Assembly: GCF_036321535.1 (NCBI RefSeq)
Contig: NC_087437.1
Span: 109,308,001-109,372,000, forward strand
Length of the DNA stretch: 64,000 bases
Reading direction: 5' to 3'
Source of the DNA: Camelus dromedarius
Taxonomy: Eukaryota
Shown: positions 37,931 through 52,580 of the stretch, one piece after another
How the letters are laid out: each line of letters opens with the position of its first letter
Position numbering within the stretch: the first letter of the stretch is position 1
Made by a program: the position numbers and the translations under genes
Notes under the pieces: generated by a model
What the model was told of the DNA's origin: nothing
The model's input: the letters and a program-made list of their open reading frames with translations, nothing else
The model's database searches: none

Positions 37931-40199
37931 GATGCAATGTGTTAAGTCTGATACGGAGATTTAACGACATTGGACAGGATCTTCCTAAGGCAGGGAGACT
38001 TGTTAATTTAGGCTGAAAGGAAGTTTGGGAACCACTGGTGTGATATGGCGCGGGGGTTGGGTTGGGAAGTGCTGTGTCACCCTTGTAGCTCTGTAGTACC
38101 GTGTCACTAATAATACTGGTGATGCTGGTCTCTAACACGTGGGATGTTCCGTGCACCGGTGGTGGGCTTAATACCTTATAGGCATTGTCACATTTAATTC
38201 TTCTCGAAACCGCGTGAGGCAGGTGCTATGACATTCCTATCTTACAGTTGTAACAAATCACAAGTCACTAAGTCCTCTACCAAACAGCTCCATCTAAAAC
38301 ACTGGAATTTTCATGGTATTTTATGCCCCCTGGCACAGTCTTTAGCACATAGGAAACATCTAATAGCTGTTGCCTGAATAAATGGTGCAATTGACATCTT
38401 ACAGAGTCACCATTATGACAGAAATGTTGTGGCTGACAGTCACGGGGAAAGTAGGGTGGAAGGGTCCTTTTGGTAAAATCTTGCATTTATGAAGGGTTGA
38501 AGAAGCAGATGAGGTTAACATAACAGAGTGATTTTTAACTTACTTCAGCCTTCTTTAGGGAATCTGAGCGAAGCCTTGGTTCCTGTCCCCTGAGACAGGC
38601 ACACTGATGGACGTGGACATCTTCAAAATTTTGAGTAGAGCTGAGCTTCACTGATCTCACTATAGGCTTAAGACACGCTTTGATATACACATCTTCAAAT
38701 TCTTTAAATGGTTCCTTTTAAATCCCCAGCCCCCTTCTGTTGCAAGGATAATTTATCATCTATTTATGGCCAAATTTTGATGTACCTCGAATTAAGTATT
38801 CGAGCATTTCTGAGGCATATATGTGATTTTTATTACCTCTCAATTCAGATTGAAACAAATTTAAGTCCTTTTCCAAATCTACTCTTCGGAGGTTTTTGAG
38901 AATCCTCAAAAAGGCATCATCCACACTGAGGACATAGACAAATTGCAACCCCCTCAAGTAAATTGTTGATTACTCATAGAGCTCAATTAATTCTTGTGTA
39001 TATTTAATAACATACTCATATCTATGAACTGCTCTTTACAGCCCAAACTATGTGCTCAGGAAATGTAAATAGATTCTAATATCTGAGAGAAACATAATTA
39101 GGATGGGGATGTGCTGCCAAAGTAATTATATAACATAGTACAAATTATCATCTAGCTAGTATAAATTGAGATTCATCATTATTACATTGTCAGGACTTAT
39201 CCAAAGTAATGAACTTATCATCAGTTAAGTGTCTCAAAGACAACCAAAGGATTCCAAAAACCTTAACAAAAGAATGAACTGCTTAATTACTTCCCCATTT
39301 CTTTGAGAGCCCACTAAGTACAAGGCAATGTGTTAAGTCCTTTATGTCTAGACCCTAGTTAAGAGGATTCTTGATTACTTGTATGCATGGAAGCTCGGTG
39401 CTGAAGGGAAGCTTAGCAAGATTAGAATCCAGCAATCCTATTTTACAGATGAAGTGACTGGGTTGAAGAGGAATAAACAGACTTGCTCAAAGTAGCATAT
39501 TTAGAGGGTCTAAGAAACCACATGAGACCTTGGTTTGAAATTCCAGCCTTACCATTGAGTGTATGCCTTGGAATCTCATTTTTCTCGTCTGTAACATGGA
39601 ATATTTTGAGATGATAAAAAGATATTATCTTAACCAAATGCATAGAATATTCTGGCACATAATGACTATCCAAGAAATGGTATTTATTTTATTATATTAG
39701 GGGAAGAGCAGAACTTGCAACTGGATCTCCCAGCTTTTACCTAAGAGTAGTCATAGTCCCTTACTGCTTTAGAAATTAGCTTCATGGTCTCCATCCAGTT
39801 TATTGGCATCGTATGGCTAAGCTCTTATGACATTCATTTTTAAGGTCTCTTTTACCTGAAGGTGGCAGAGATTTGGGGTTTTGCTGTTGTTTTCACTGTT
39901 GTACCTTTAGCACCTTCAATCAGTGCTCAGAAAAAAATCTGTGTTGAATGAAAGAATGAATTTCTCTACCATGTCCCTACCACATCCTCCACTCTCTTCA
40001 ATATAAGCAGCATTTCTTGAAGGCTTGTGTAAGCTAGAAATGATTGTATACTTGAGGAAAAAAGGAAGCAATTGCATTTAAGAAGTGCAAAGCTACACTA
40101 AAATGTGTTCTGCGTTCCATTACGAGGAGAATCAGTTGATATCTTGGTGTACGTAACAGTAGCAGAACAGGATATTTTGTTTTCCTTTTAAATGCTGAC

Positions 40200-40370
40200 A
40201 TGTTTCAAATCCAAGCCTAGCCACTTGTTGGCTCTGTGACCTTGGGGAAGTTACATAATCTCTCTGAGCTCTGTCAGTTTCTTGTACACAGAATTTTATC
40301 TTAAAAAAATTAAATGACCGATGCACTTCACCTGCTTAGCACCATGCCTGGCACAGTGTTGAGTACATGG
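40200..40370 (+). mobile_element. MIR SINE (another at about 39530-39700)
   Basis: tttcaaatccaagcctagccactt...tgtgaccttggggaagttacataatctctctgagc. Confidence 0.75.
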
Positions 40371-41404
40371 TGGCTCCTAAGGTCTTGAGCTTATTCTATG
40401 TGTTTATGATTAGGAATAATGGACTTGAGGATCTGACTTAGTGGGTGCAGTTTCCAAACACAGGTTTTCAACCTCTTAGCGTAGCACAGCTGTACTACTT
40501 GACTTGATGTTTTCTGTCCTAAGGGATGAAGACTGATGGTGCCTCTGTCCTGCAGAAACATGAAATGAAACCCATCTAACCACCTCGGCTTGCCTTGGTC
40601 ACAGCTCTTAGGCATAACTATATGAGAAAAGAATCAATGCACAAAATTATTTGATTAATCAGCATTGCCATTGCACTTCCTAGCAAAGGGAAGCTGAACA
40701 TTAAAAAATACATTTTCTCCCTGGCCTTGTTTTTACGCTAACTGAAAGAAAAGAAAAATAAAAAATAAAAACAAGAGCAGGCAAATGTTGACAGGAGAAA
40801 ATGCAATACAATTCTACAAAATATTTTGGTACTAAAATGTTTTATGGAGACTAATGGCTCAATTATAGCTTAATACTCATTGCCACGAGTGTTGTAAGGG
40901 GGAAAACATCTCCCCCCCCGATGTGCTTGTTCATGTAAACAAGAGAAAAGGCTTCCTGAGTCAGAAACAGTATGTTCAAGCTCACCCACTGGTCACTCTC
41001 CAGTTCAGGGAGTTGTCCCAGTCCTGAAGCAGCTTCCCTGCTGGATGGAGCAACACTGCGTCTCCTCCCCCTCCATCAGAGAACCATTAGGTTCCGGCTG
41101 CTGGGCTGGAAATAGTGACTTGCTTTCTCAGTCCTAGTACAAGATTTGAAAACAACGATGCAGTTTTCCAAAGAGGCAAATTTATTTTTGGGAAGTGGGA
41201 TCATTGGTTCTAGTGCATTACTGTTCTTAATGACATAGGATTTCAGGATTGTATGAAATTTTCCTTTTGAGGAAACTGAGGCACAGAGGAACAACTTGTT
41301 CAACCATGCTTGGCAGAGTTGAGAGTTCAGCATACTGAATCGGGTGGAAGGAAGGTGATTTTGGAGATTACTTACTTATTAAGAGCTTCTAGCCCAGTTC
41401 TTGG

Positions 41405-41830
41405 ATTATTCATTTCAGTTATTCAGCAGAGATGCACTGAGCACTCACTGTGTGTCAAATAATGTAGCAGATGTGGGGGATTTGGGAGAACAAGACAAAA
41501 AAGGCTTCTATCCTCTTGGAGCTTACACTGTAGAAGGGGATACTGATAACAAAAGAATCAATGTCCTTAATTAATTATAGATTTTTATTAGGGTTACAGA
41601 GCAACTAAGGTGGTAAGGAATGAGAAAGGAGTTCCTTCTCCTTTATCTCCCAATCATGAAGGCTTAGGTGAGGCCAGCTTTGGAAAAGAATGATCCAGGT
41701 GTTAGCAAGTGCAAGGGCCATAAAATAGGGAAGGGAGGGCATGTTGTGTGGCTGGGCAGAGTGCCCCTGGAACAGCATCCTGGAGGCGGGAAGCTGGCAG
41801 GGAGGCTGGGTCATGTCATGTAGGTCACAG
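41405..41830 (-). mobile_element. L2 3' fragment
   Basis: ttattcagcagagatgcactgagcactcactgtgtgtca...cctcttggagcttacactgtag. Confidence 0.65.
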
Positions 41831-44374
41831 AGTTTTGCATGAAAAGCGTGCTCAGTAGATATAATTATGACTGTTCCTGAGCTTCATTTTTTATTTGCAA
41901 AAAAAAAAAAAAAAGCCAATAAAAATTACAGCAAGGGTTATTATGTCCATTCAAGGAGATGCTTGCTTATCACCCAGCATGGTGCTAGGCAGATTACGAG
42001 TTCCCCGCCTACAGTCTTCTTACCCTATGCCCTTTAAATTCATCTGCCACCAGCCATACCCTCGGTAGAATCATACTCGGTAGAAGTGAGCGAGGGGGCA
42101 AGTGTGGTGGAGAGTGAGGAGTCAGTGGGAGGAGAGTGGGACTTGGGGGAGATAGGAGTGAGGAGGACCTGGGGACCTAGGATTTCCACATTAAAGCAGA
42201 TTAAGGAGAGACCAGCATCCTCTAAAAGCATCAAGATGCCTGCTGGGAGGTGGTGGGTGGATGGATGGGTCCCATGTATATGCTGCTGGTTGTTGGGGAC
42301 ACTGTTGGGCTGCAGAAATTCATGAAGTCTGTTCGTCTGAGAGCCCTGCTCCTCTGTAGCCTAATCAAGTCCTGACATTTGAATTTTTAACTAATTTTGG
42401 GGAAATAACTTTTCAGATTCTCATCATATAGTACTTGTTCAATGTGAATAGGAATGATTACTTTGCTGAAGTGATTAGCATGCCAAAGAAAAACTATAGA
42501 ATTTTCCCCAATTTTTACTTTTAGATAAATGTCAAATATCTTCTTTAAAGTGCATTCGATTTCTTTTTTTCTTCTTAAGAATCATTAAAAAGTAGCAAAA
42601 TATGATGAAGGTACAGGGAAGTATAGAAATAATGGGAAATGTGCATGAGAAGAAAGCCAGGTTACCCTGGCAGAGAAAATTTTCTCAGCAGTGATTTTAG
42701 TCACCAAAGAAGTAAAAGCTGTTAATACTAATTTCATCTAAAGGAGACGAGCAGCGAGTGGTGGTGTTTTTCTCAGATACTTCTGGAAGCATAATTCAGA
42801 GTGGAATGGTTATCTGTTCTGAAATGAGGGCCACTTGTGGTCAAGTGGGCACACAAGCCCTGGGATTAGGTGGTCTGGAGGCCACAGGGCAGCGAGGCTG
42901 TTCAGAGAGTGACCTTGTGTGAGGCACTCGACCTATCTGAGCTTCAGTTTTCTCAACTCTGAAGTGAGAATGCCAAATTAGCCTCAGGATAAACGGGGAC
43001 AGCACGAGAGGAGATACAGGATGCTAGATACCAGCTTTGTCACCTCAGTTAAAAAAAAAAAAAAGTCTCTTTCCTTCCTCCCTTTCCCTCAGAAGAAAGA
43101 GATTGGTTGAGTGGTGGCTGGAATTAGGACCCTGAACTCCTGAACCCTCAGCCTCCCTAGAAATTCTCTGCAGACAGATGCAGGGAAAGTCCTTGTCTTT
43201 GTTTCTACATGTTGTTGCCCAGGGCTAATGGAGCAAGTTAAATTGAATCACAGGGAGTACTAGTACCCCATTTTGACTAGAATCAAAGGTCCTAAGGTCT
43301 TCAATATCACTTTTCAAATCATAACCACCTCTTGGAGGTCCAAAGGAAGCCCATTAAATCAACCTGGGTCCTTTGCTGTGATTTAAAAAAAAAGAGCAAT
43401 AATTCTTTCACATGCAGTAAGGTAGGGGTTTCATGCTGGAACCTTTAAAAAAGGTTCTCCTTCCCTCCCAATGTTTGCAGATCATTGGTCCAGAACAAAG
43501 AGGGGATGAACAGATCCTTTATTCACTTCCCCTAATCTTACCACTTGCATGATTAGGGAAAGTAAACACAAGATAAAACAGGATAAGACAGGATGGAGAA
43601 AGTGTCCGTGTCAATGGTTAGTGCCAAGCTGAACTATCCCTACTTCCCCTTGTCCCTGCCAGATATTTCTTGGGAGGGGTCCTCTTAGATGGTTTTCTGT
43701 GTGTGTGTGCGTGTGTGTGTTTTAATTTCCTTTAAATGATATAATCTCTATGCTATAAGAAAAGAACCATTTATATCAAAGGAACTTTATATCCACATTT
43801 ATCAAATTAGAGGAGGAGAAACTCTAGCAGCCCCTCCCCGTGGCCACCATGCACATCTCTTGCCTCTTCCAAACCTGCCCGTTGGGAGAGATATGGCCAG
43901 TTATGTGAGCCAAAAGGATTTCTAACCAAGAGAAGGCTCATCAGCAAATCATTCTCTTAAATGTAACAGAAGTCCCTGGCTTCTGCTATAAAACACTCTT
44001 GGGAAGGGACACTTCTTTGCATTTTGAGGGCTACACATAAAATCAGGGCGTTTTTTTCCTCAGTTCTGGTCGACACTCCACTACACACTTTAATGACTGT
44101 ATTAAAATTCTCAAATGAAGCCTTAAGATAAAGGGCAGCAGATTATATTCATTCACCTTTAAAGTTCTCTAGTTGCTGACATTACTGCAACATACTTGCT
44201 TTCTTTACTGAGATATATTTATAGTAGCTAGAGATTTGTGAATGCAGCTGTGGTCTAGAGGTAAGTGACAGATGCTCTGCCTAACTTGAGAAGCAGCATG
44301 TCACAGTGGCGAATGCATCCAATGGGATAAAGTAGGCTGAGTGTTAGATCCTGGCCGTGTTACTCTGGGGAAGT

Positions 44375-44492
44375 CATTTCACCTCCTACAAAGTAAGAGA
44401 ATTAGCCTTGACGATGTCTATGATTGCTCTCAACATTTCACCTCCTACAAAGTAAGAGAATTAGCCTTGACGATGTCTATGATTGCTCTCAA
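44375..44492. repeat. Perfect 59-bp tandem duplication inside a MIR/MIR3-like remnant
   Basis: 44375-44433 and 44434-44492 are identical. Confidence 0.95.
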
Positions 44493-45006
44493 CCATAACC
44501 TTAAATAACGTCTATGATTCAAAACAGATTTTTAGTATAATCTTGCAGGCGATAAGAGAGACCTCTAGTCCACTTTTCTGATTATCTACTTATAGTGAAA
44601 TTGACATTTTAACTCTGCACTCAATGGCTTCAGAGAGATGCCCTTCAAGTGTGAGATACAGCACTGGACGTTCAGGCTAGATGACCGCTCCAGGAGAGCT
44701 CTTCCAAGCGATTCAGACACTCACAGATCTGCATTTGTGTGGAAGGGTTGGTCTGTTTGTGAAATTAGTGCCCATTACCAGTCAACCACACAGCACACCC
44801 CAGTCCTTTTAAACTAGGGAATACTATATCAGCTTGGACCATTTTAGATAAGCACATTGCTTTATGCCACAGTAACTATTTAAATTACATACATAAATAT
44901 AACCTGACTATTTCCCCCTACTTCCCCCCAATTCAATTCTCTGGTCTTTTATTAATACTTCTATTTTAATCATCTCGCTTGCTTTTCCCATTGTCCTTGT
45001 CTATGC

Positions 45007-45233
45007 TATTTTCTCAGCCTCGGTACTTTTGGCATTTTAGGTTACATAGTTCTTTGGGTTTTTTTTTTGTGGGGGAGGTGTCTTGTGTCTTATAGGATGT
45101 TTAGCAATATCTCTGGCCTCCAATTACTAGTTGTCAGTAGAGTGCCACTGTCCCCAATATGACAACCAAAATGTCTCCAAACATCGGCAAAAGTCCCTGT
45201 GGCGGGTTAAGTCACTCCGGGCTGAGAACCACT
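45007..45233. mobile_element. MER20-like hAT DNA transposon
   Basis: taggatgtttagcaatatctctggcctc...gacaaccaaaatgtctccaaacatcggcaaa...tgagaaccact. Confidence 0.85.
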
Positions 45234-45909
45234 CTGTGCTTAATCTTCTTTTTTTTTTTTCAATTCTGATTTTTCTTTCTTGGACATAAGAACAATGCTA
45301 TATCCTGAAGGGCTTGGAAAGTATTACTCTGTTATTATCATTCTTAACATTCTAATATCTTTCACTTATGTAAGGTTTCACAATTTATCAAGCATCTCCA
45401 CCCACACTATCCGTGGAGATTTAATGCATGCCAGCTCATTGTCTGTAACAAATTAGCAGAGGGAGGCATCTTTTCTGTGACTGTCCCTGTGCCCTTTTTT
45501 CCAACATGCTTGGAATCTTGCATGTTTGATAAGAGGTCTTGCCCCGAGGAAGATGTGTTTAGGACAAGTCAGGCCTTGTGTAATGAAAGCTGGCTTGGTC
45601 TTTCAAAGAGTCATAAAATAAGACATGTTTAATCACCTTGAAATGATACCCTTCTCAATCTCTGCTGGCAGGGTCTACAAATCTGCCAATACATACTCAG
45701 GATGGCACATCTACAGCTACATACCAACAGGTGGCTTCAGTGAGGACTGAGCCCCACGGCTCTTTAAAAGTGTTCTGAATACTGCAGTCCTCAGCCTAAA
45801 CTGGACTGCTGGGGTCTTATCACGCTGCACTAAGTGAGAGCAGATGGCATTTTTGAGAAAGAGAAATGAGCATATCCCCCGCATTTTCACCTTCTCCCTA
45901 CCCTCTTAC

Positions 45910-46091
45910 CTGCTTAAGGATTTCAGCAGCTGTTTCGTGTGAACAATCAAATATCACATAGAACTCCTTGCCTTTCTTCATCTCCTTGAGTAAAGGCTTG
46001 GCATCTTTATTCCCAGAGGGCAGCTGGCGGATTTTGATTTTAATGTTGTATCTGGAGGGAGCTTTGATGAGCTCTTGCAGACGAATTAGAC
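45910..46091 (-). CDS. GRIK1: GRIK1 exon 4 (182 bp): [61 protein letters not shown]
   Basis: Acceptor TTTTCCAG|GT, donor CAG|GTAAGA; phase 1/0. Confidence 0.97.
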
Positions 46092-49000
46092 CTGGAAAAT
46101 GACATCCAGTCACACAACAGACTGTTCTGTCCAGAGTATTTGCTTATTGCCATTTATAGTCGAACTCATATATCATTCCCAAAGTGTATCAAGGGTCCAC
46201 CTACCTAAAGGTTACATTATTGACTTCTCATTTGTCATTCCTCTTTTATGGTGAATTATATATATTTTCCTTGTGTGGGCATGTGTGGCTAGAAGCACAA
46301 TTTTCCCAACAGCACTTGGAATTTTTTAGAATGCAGTGTTCCTCTCCAGCTTTCAGCCAACACCGTAACTCTAACAAACCAAGTTTGTAATTGTAAAACT
46401 TTTGTAAACAAAAAGTGCTCAAAGTTTCCAAAGGTGCTTAGTGAAATGGATAACACCTTCTCACTTGGAAAAAAAAAAAAAAAGAACACTAGAATTTCTT
46501 GGGGACATAAATCTCTGAAAACCTTTCATCAAAAACATTTATATATAACATACCATTTACCAGCTAATTAGTTGGTCTGTTTTACATAATTTTCCAGTTC
46601 TCACCATATAAGCTATTTATAAATGGCTTATTATATTTTCTTTCTGATGTAATTGAACATTGAATTGGAAAATCCTTTCTTGGTTTAAAAGAAAAGACCA
46701 TAGAATTTTGAAAGATTATGATAATAAAGGCAGAAACAACATTGTTTAAAAATCTGCCATTGGTAATTGTAGAAAAGAATGCAGCCAAGTAACTTGACGG
46801 AGAATGTTTAATTCAGCACAAATATAAATCTATTGAGCTGCACCATTTTTTTTTTTTTTTTTTTTTTAGTAGAAGTGCTTAACTAGGGTGAGACCAACAG
46901 CTCTATAAAGCCTCTATCTTATTTCCCCTAATGTTAACTGGTGCTGGCTACACTGCTTGATGTTGGCTCTCACCCAAGGACTCCCATTGGAAAATTGAAT
47001 TTTTTTTTTATTACACAGTCTGTGCCTTCTGAATGTGTCAGCTTCAAGTAATCAATAGGAAATGTTAAGTTATCACTATTCAGATAAAGATTGTAGTATG
47101 CACTGTGCAAGATACAGCACGGATGACAGCCACCTCTGGACTTGGCACACTTCTTTTATTTTATTTAGTTATTTGTTTCCTCCAGAAGCAACATTTGTGT
47201 GTGTCTAAGATGTTATGTTTCCTCTAAGACCTTGGACAGGTGTGGTTATGAAGTACAGTAAACTTGTAGGCTACTGTTCAGAGTCAAATGGACCAGGGCA
47301 AGGAAGGGAGGACTTGTAGAACCACATCAAGATTTAGTGCTCATTATCCTTTTTAACTTTTTTAACATAAAAATTGAAATTTTTAAAATGATAGCTTTCC
47401 TGGACTCCTGCTTTTCCAATCAGTCAACATGGCTGATAGCTTACTTCCAGAATTGCTTGTCCTGAGCTCCTGAACGACCGATGAGTACCAATGAAAGAAA
47501 ACTGAGCATATGGACTTCTGTGTTTGTTAATCCTCACGGCAATCCTATGAAGCAAGTGTTATTATCTTCATCATTTCATCATTTCAAGTAAGAAAATCAG
47601 AGCAATGAAGTAACTTACTCAAGTTTACAAATATAGGGGGAGCTATGGCCTCAGACCGTCTGTGGGTCCAGTGCCTAATCTTTCCACGTTACCATCCTGC
47701 TGTACAAATAAAAATTGTTGGTCCCGAGGGAACAGATTCAGCTTTGGGTTATTTGATGAGATGGGGAAACAGTAGAAACAGGGACCTATTCTACTTTCTT
47801 TTTTACTCCAGGCTACTTGTAATTCTCTCGTGGGGTTTACTGTCCTCCTGCTTTGCAATCACTTCCTTTTTTTTTTTTTTTTTTTTTTTTAAAGCATGAC
47901 CACAAGGGAGATCAATGTGGCCTTTAAATAAACTAGGACAAAAAAAAAAAAAACATTTAAAAAATGCATTTCATAGTCTGCAAATGAACTGCTCTTTTTT
48001 TCTTTGCTAAATGAAATGTCAATCTTGACATGCATTTCCTGTCATGATGACTTATACACATGTTAACGACATTTAAAGTTGACTATGTTCTCTCCCTTCA
48101 GTCATTCATTTTTAGGAGAAAACATTTCCTGAATGTTCCCTGTATACCAAGTCCCATGCTAAGCACTAGAAGTGAGACATGAACACATCTTGCTTTAAAG
48201 GTCCTCCCAGCCCATAGAAGGATTTCATCCCTTCAAACTTGGGATGTGCATGGGGCAACACTTACTACCTAACTTTATAAATTATGACCTGAGGCTGATG
48301 GGGGCCAGAGCATCTTGATCAAGGTCGTGTTGAAGCCACTAAGTGGCAGATTCAGGACATAAAGCCAGGTCCACCTCTGACCCTCAATCTAGGGCTATTT
48401 TCACCAAATCAGTGGCCCCTCCTGACTTTCAGATTTAAGATCAACTAACTACCTGACTGAAGGACTAACTAACTATATAGAGAAATAATTACATAAATAA
48501 GCAGAGGAAAAAAACCTTAGGGCCAGTATAAAGCATTCAGCCTTCATTTGGCAAATGAGACCATTAATAAACAGACTCTCTTCTCTTCAAAGAAAGTAAC
48601 CATGAACTTTCACAATTATTTCATAAAAGAAAGTTATTTTAATACTGATAGAGGAGACAGGAAAATTCAGTAAAAAAGACTAGTTTTTAATTGGACTAAA
48701 TTTATCTTTCAGAAAAGCTCACTGCTAATGCCCTCATTTTCTCACGTTGTCCATATACAGGTGAACTGGCCTTGGGAAAGTTGACGCTCAGCAGATTTAA
48801 AGATTACAGACCCAAGATGTAAGAAGAACAATGAGCAAGGAACAGGGAGGTTTACTTTTTTCTTCCAAAGCAATTGTTTGCTTAAAAAATAGCCTTTCTG
48901 CCTTCATTAGCAGACATGGCAGAATTTACAATTCAAAAGACTTTTTAGTTCACAGGAGATGAAATTTAGAGAGAGCTTTTCCTTTTATTTGTGTTTCGCA

Positions 49001-49214
49001 GCAATCCATCAATCCTTTACACGTCATTGTTAAGAAGTTAAAACTTGTCCGCTAAACAAATCATTGCTTCAGGGAAAGAAAACTGATTTAGGCACAACTC
49101 CTAACTTTGCCAAAGGCCCTCCTGTGTTTGGACGCCTGGCAGCCTTGCCCGAGTGACCCAGTGCTGACAGAGTTGCAGAGAATGGTAAGGGTGCATGCAG
49201 ACCTGATAATGGTG

Positions 49215-49645
49215 ATGGTTTTTCTAGCCCTGGATTCCAAAAAAAATGTAATGGGGACAATTAGGGAAACTGGAATATCCTATCGTGTATGTCTCTATCA
49301 ACATTAATATCGACATAGATGTATCATAGTATTGTATCAGCGTTAAGGTTCCTGTATTTGATAATTGTACTGTGGTCACAACAAGGAAAGTCCTTATTCT
49401 TATGAAATGTACGCTGATGTATTTAGAGGTAAAATGATCATGCTGTCTCACTTTCAAATAGTTCAACAATCCTACTACTTCCTGTTATTATTGTTGCTGT
49501 TGTTGTAGTTGTTTTTATATTGAAAGACTATTAGAACAGTAAAGTGGCAAATGGTAACAGTTGCTGAATCTAGATTCAGGATGTATAGGAGTTTGTTGTA
49601 CCTTTCTTTCAACTTTTCTCTAACTCCACATCTTTCTCAGTAAAA
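49215..49645 (+). mobile_element. Old L1 (L1MC/L1ME-type) 3' UTR fragment
   Basis: ggggacaattagggaaactggaat...tttgataattgtactgtggt...ctttcaaatagttca...ctttctttcaacttttct. Confidence 0.7.
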
Positions 49646-51719
49646 AGACAGACCATGAGCCTCCTTCTTCCACTCCCACATCCAGCAATGCAATTGGAAA
49701 CTGCACTTCTGGTTTAAAAAGTGCTTTAAAGCAAGAAGCTAGTTTATTTCACGTGAGTTTGAGCTGGGCTCTGCATGTAGAGATTACTCTCAAAGATGTT
49801 CGAAAGGCCACTTCTAAACACTTGCTTTGGCCGTCTGTCTGCTCTGTGTACTCAGATATGACACACACAGAAATGCTGATTTGCATGCCCATTGAGTGAC
49901 TCTGGGGACAGGTGGAGTACATGGAAGAGAAAAAAAAAAAAAAAAAAGAACCTGCTATTTCCAGTAAGTGTTCGAAATTTCCCATGTCTTCACCTTAAAT
50001 AATAATAAACTTGCTATTTGCATTGCCTCCTTTTATGAAGTATCCTACACACTTTATAACTAGCTCAGTAAACCTCAGAATATACCTCTGAGGTTGATAG
50101 GTGTCAGTGCTGTTTTACAGTAAGAAAAGTGAGGCATAGTGAGGTTAATTGTTTGGATTGGCCTTGAAAATGAGTCACAAATGCCAGGAATTGGAAAAGA
50201 CCTTAAAGGTCAAACCCCTGTTTGACGCATGAATCCCTTCCACACAGCAGTTGCTGAACATCTCTTCGTCTGAGAAATTCTCTGCCTCATTTTTTGCAGA
50301 TCAGTCCATTTCTGGACAGCTTTAGTCATATTTAATGAGCATCAATTCAAAAGAAACGTACATAGGTTTTCTTGAGTCTTAATCCAATTTCCTGTCCATT
50401 AAACCACATCAGTGAATTTGATGTCAAAAAAAATGAATGTAATAAACCACGGGGACTCAAAGATAAGATCATACATTTTAAATGCTAATTTCATCTGCAT
50501 TTGAACTTGGAAACATGCAAAATGGCATTTCTCAAACTTGTTGGTATCCAAATATACCCACATCTAATAGGATTCTTAAAGGGATATATATACCCTCCAG
50601 AGAAGAGGGAAAAATCAGAACTGAGAAATGGAAATAGATAAGTGAGTGAATTACCTGGGGAAAGTGCAGATCTTCATACATATGATTTTCCAAAAGTGCA
50701 TCAAAAAAGGCTAAAGACTTCCGAAAAGAAAAACTGTGTCCCTTGATCACAAAGAATCGCATAGAAGACTTTAGTCAGAATATTTGAGATTAACTGTGTT
50801 GCAGTTAGCTCCACCAGTATGTTTTGGTCCTGAACTCTGGTTAATACCAAGGGTAGCTAAAAATAATATACCACCATGCAATATCTAAAGATTGATTTCC
50901 AGTGCAGAACTCTGAAACTTGTAACGGGTTTTCTGGTCAGGGGACTGGAGTGGGTAAATAGGAAGGGTAGAAAAGAGTAAGGGCAGAAAAAAGGGAACTA
51001 TAATTTATTATCTTGTTGGTACTGAATGCCAAGGACTTTCCATGCCCCAGCTATTTCAAGTGGGATTGGGGGAGGGCACGTAGCAGAGTGTTCTGGCTAG
51101 CATGAGGTCGTAACAGCACAGTGGGGTGACCTGCGATTGCTGAAGTTGAAACAATTCACTTATTCTTTTACTTGGCACTGACTGTGTACAGCGTATCATT
51201 TATTTTGGTTTGATTATCTATGGTGAAATGTTTAATTTTCTTCAAGTCCAAACTTAGAGCATCTGTCAAAATTCTTGTTTCTGTAAAATATAGTTCTTTC
51301 TATTTTCTATGGGAAAATATAATCGACATAACAAATCTAAGTCACTATTTAAATACAGCTATTTCACTTATTTGCAGGGTGGCTGAGCATATTAAATGAG
51401 TTAATTACAAAAATATTTAGAACAGTGCAAGGCAATTAGTCAGTACTCCAAGAATTTCATTATTATGATTTTTGTGGTTGTCGTTTCTCTTGGGTTTTCT
51501 TTCTAGATATAGTGTTTCAATCAATCAATCACTGACTTTTTTATGTATGTTAATCTTACTTCGGGTAATCCTCACTGTAAAGCTTTGAGACTATGTTTAA
51601 GTGACAGTTAATTGCTCTTTCATTGTAGGCTGCATTTTATAAATTTTATGGCTCTGGTGTGTTGAGAAAAATGATTTAAGGTAACCATGGGTAAAAAAAA
51701 ATGAAAACCTCTTAAGCTC

Positions 51720-52398
51720 TATGTGTTGTGAACACATCTGGCTGGAACTCATTTCCCCGATGGCCTCATCCAGTCCTCTATACACTGAGGACTTTCAATT
51801 TTCTATCTCCAGCCTATACTGCATCCCTGAACTACAGACTCATGTATTAACTGCCTGCTCACCACCTCCATTTGGATGTCTAGTAGACATGGCAAGCTCA
51901 AATCTTTTCATGACTAAACTCCTATACCCTTATTTCTCCAAACTATCTCCATTTATATGTTTCCCCATCTCAGGTGATGGCAACTCTAGCCTTTGGTTCA
52001 GGCTCAGAAGCTTAGAGTCAGCTTTGACTCCTCTATTTCTCTCACCCACCTTCCCCCCAATCAGAGCACTTTGCCAGTTCAACATCAAAATATTTCCAGA
52101 ATATGACCATTTCTTACTCCTCTGTGACTGTCACCTTCATCTCTCGCCTTGATTTCTCTAGACGCCAACCATTTTATGCTTGCCTCTCTATGTTGTTTTA
52201 TTAATATAAGACCCAGAGTGATCTTTTTATGATATAAATCTGATCATATCCCTCCTCTTCTGAAAAGTCTCCAATGGCTCCCCACTTCATGAAGAGTCAA
52301 AGCTCTTCCAGCAATCTACAAAGCTGTCCATGGTCTATAGTGTCCTTCTCTTGACCCCATCATCCTTCCATTCTCAGTCTGATCCAGCCACACTGGCC
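51720..52398 (+). mobile_element. L2 fragment
   Basis: ccctgaactacagactcatgta...cccatctcaggtgatggcaact...ctccaatggctcccc...ccagccacactggcc. Confidence 0.8.
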
Positions 52399-52399
52399 C

Positions 52400-52580
52400 C
52401 CTCGTTTGTGTAAATAAAGGTTTACTGAAACACACCATACCTGCTCATTTACATATTATCTGTGGCTGTCTTCTTGCTCCCTCAGCAGAGTGAAATAGTT
52501 ATGACCTAGACACGATGGTCCATAAAGCTGAAGTTCTCTAGTATCTGTCCCTTTAGAGAAAAAATTTTGCTCATCCCTGT
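52400..52580. mobile_element. MER58-like hAT DNA transposon
   Basis: gtaaataaaggtttactgaaacac...catttacatattatctgtggctg...ccctttagagaaaaaattttgctcatccctg. Confidence 0.8.

Noticed and set aside
40852..40864. 13-mer TAATGGCTCAATT repeated at 53301-53313
   Set aside because: Many 13-mer matches are expected by chance in 64 kb of AT-rich DNA.
45724..45737. Second CTCF-like motif CCAACAGGTGGCTT downstream of exon 4
   Set aside because: Three mismatches to the core; too weak without data.
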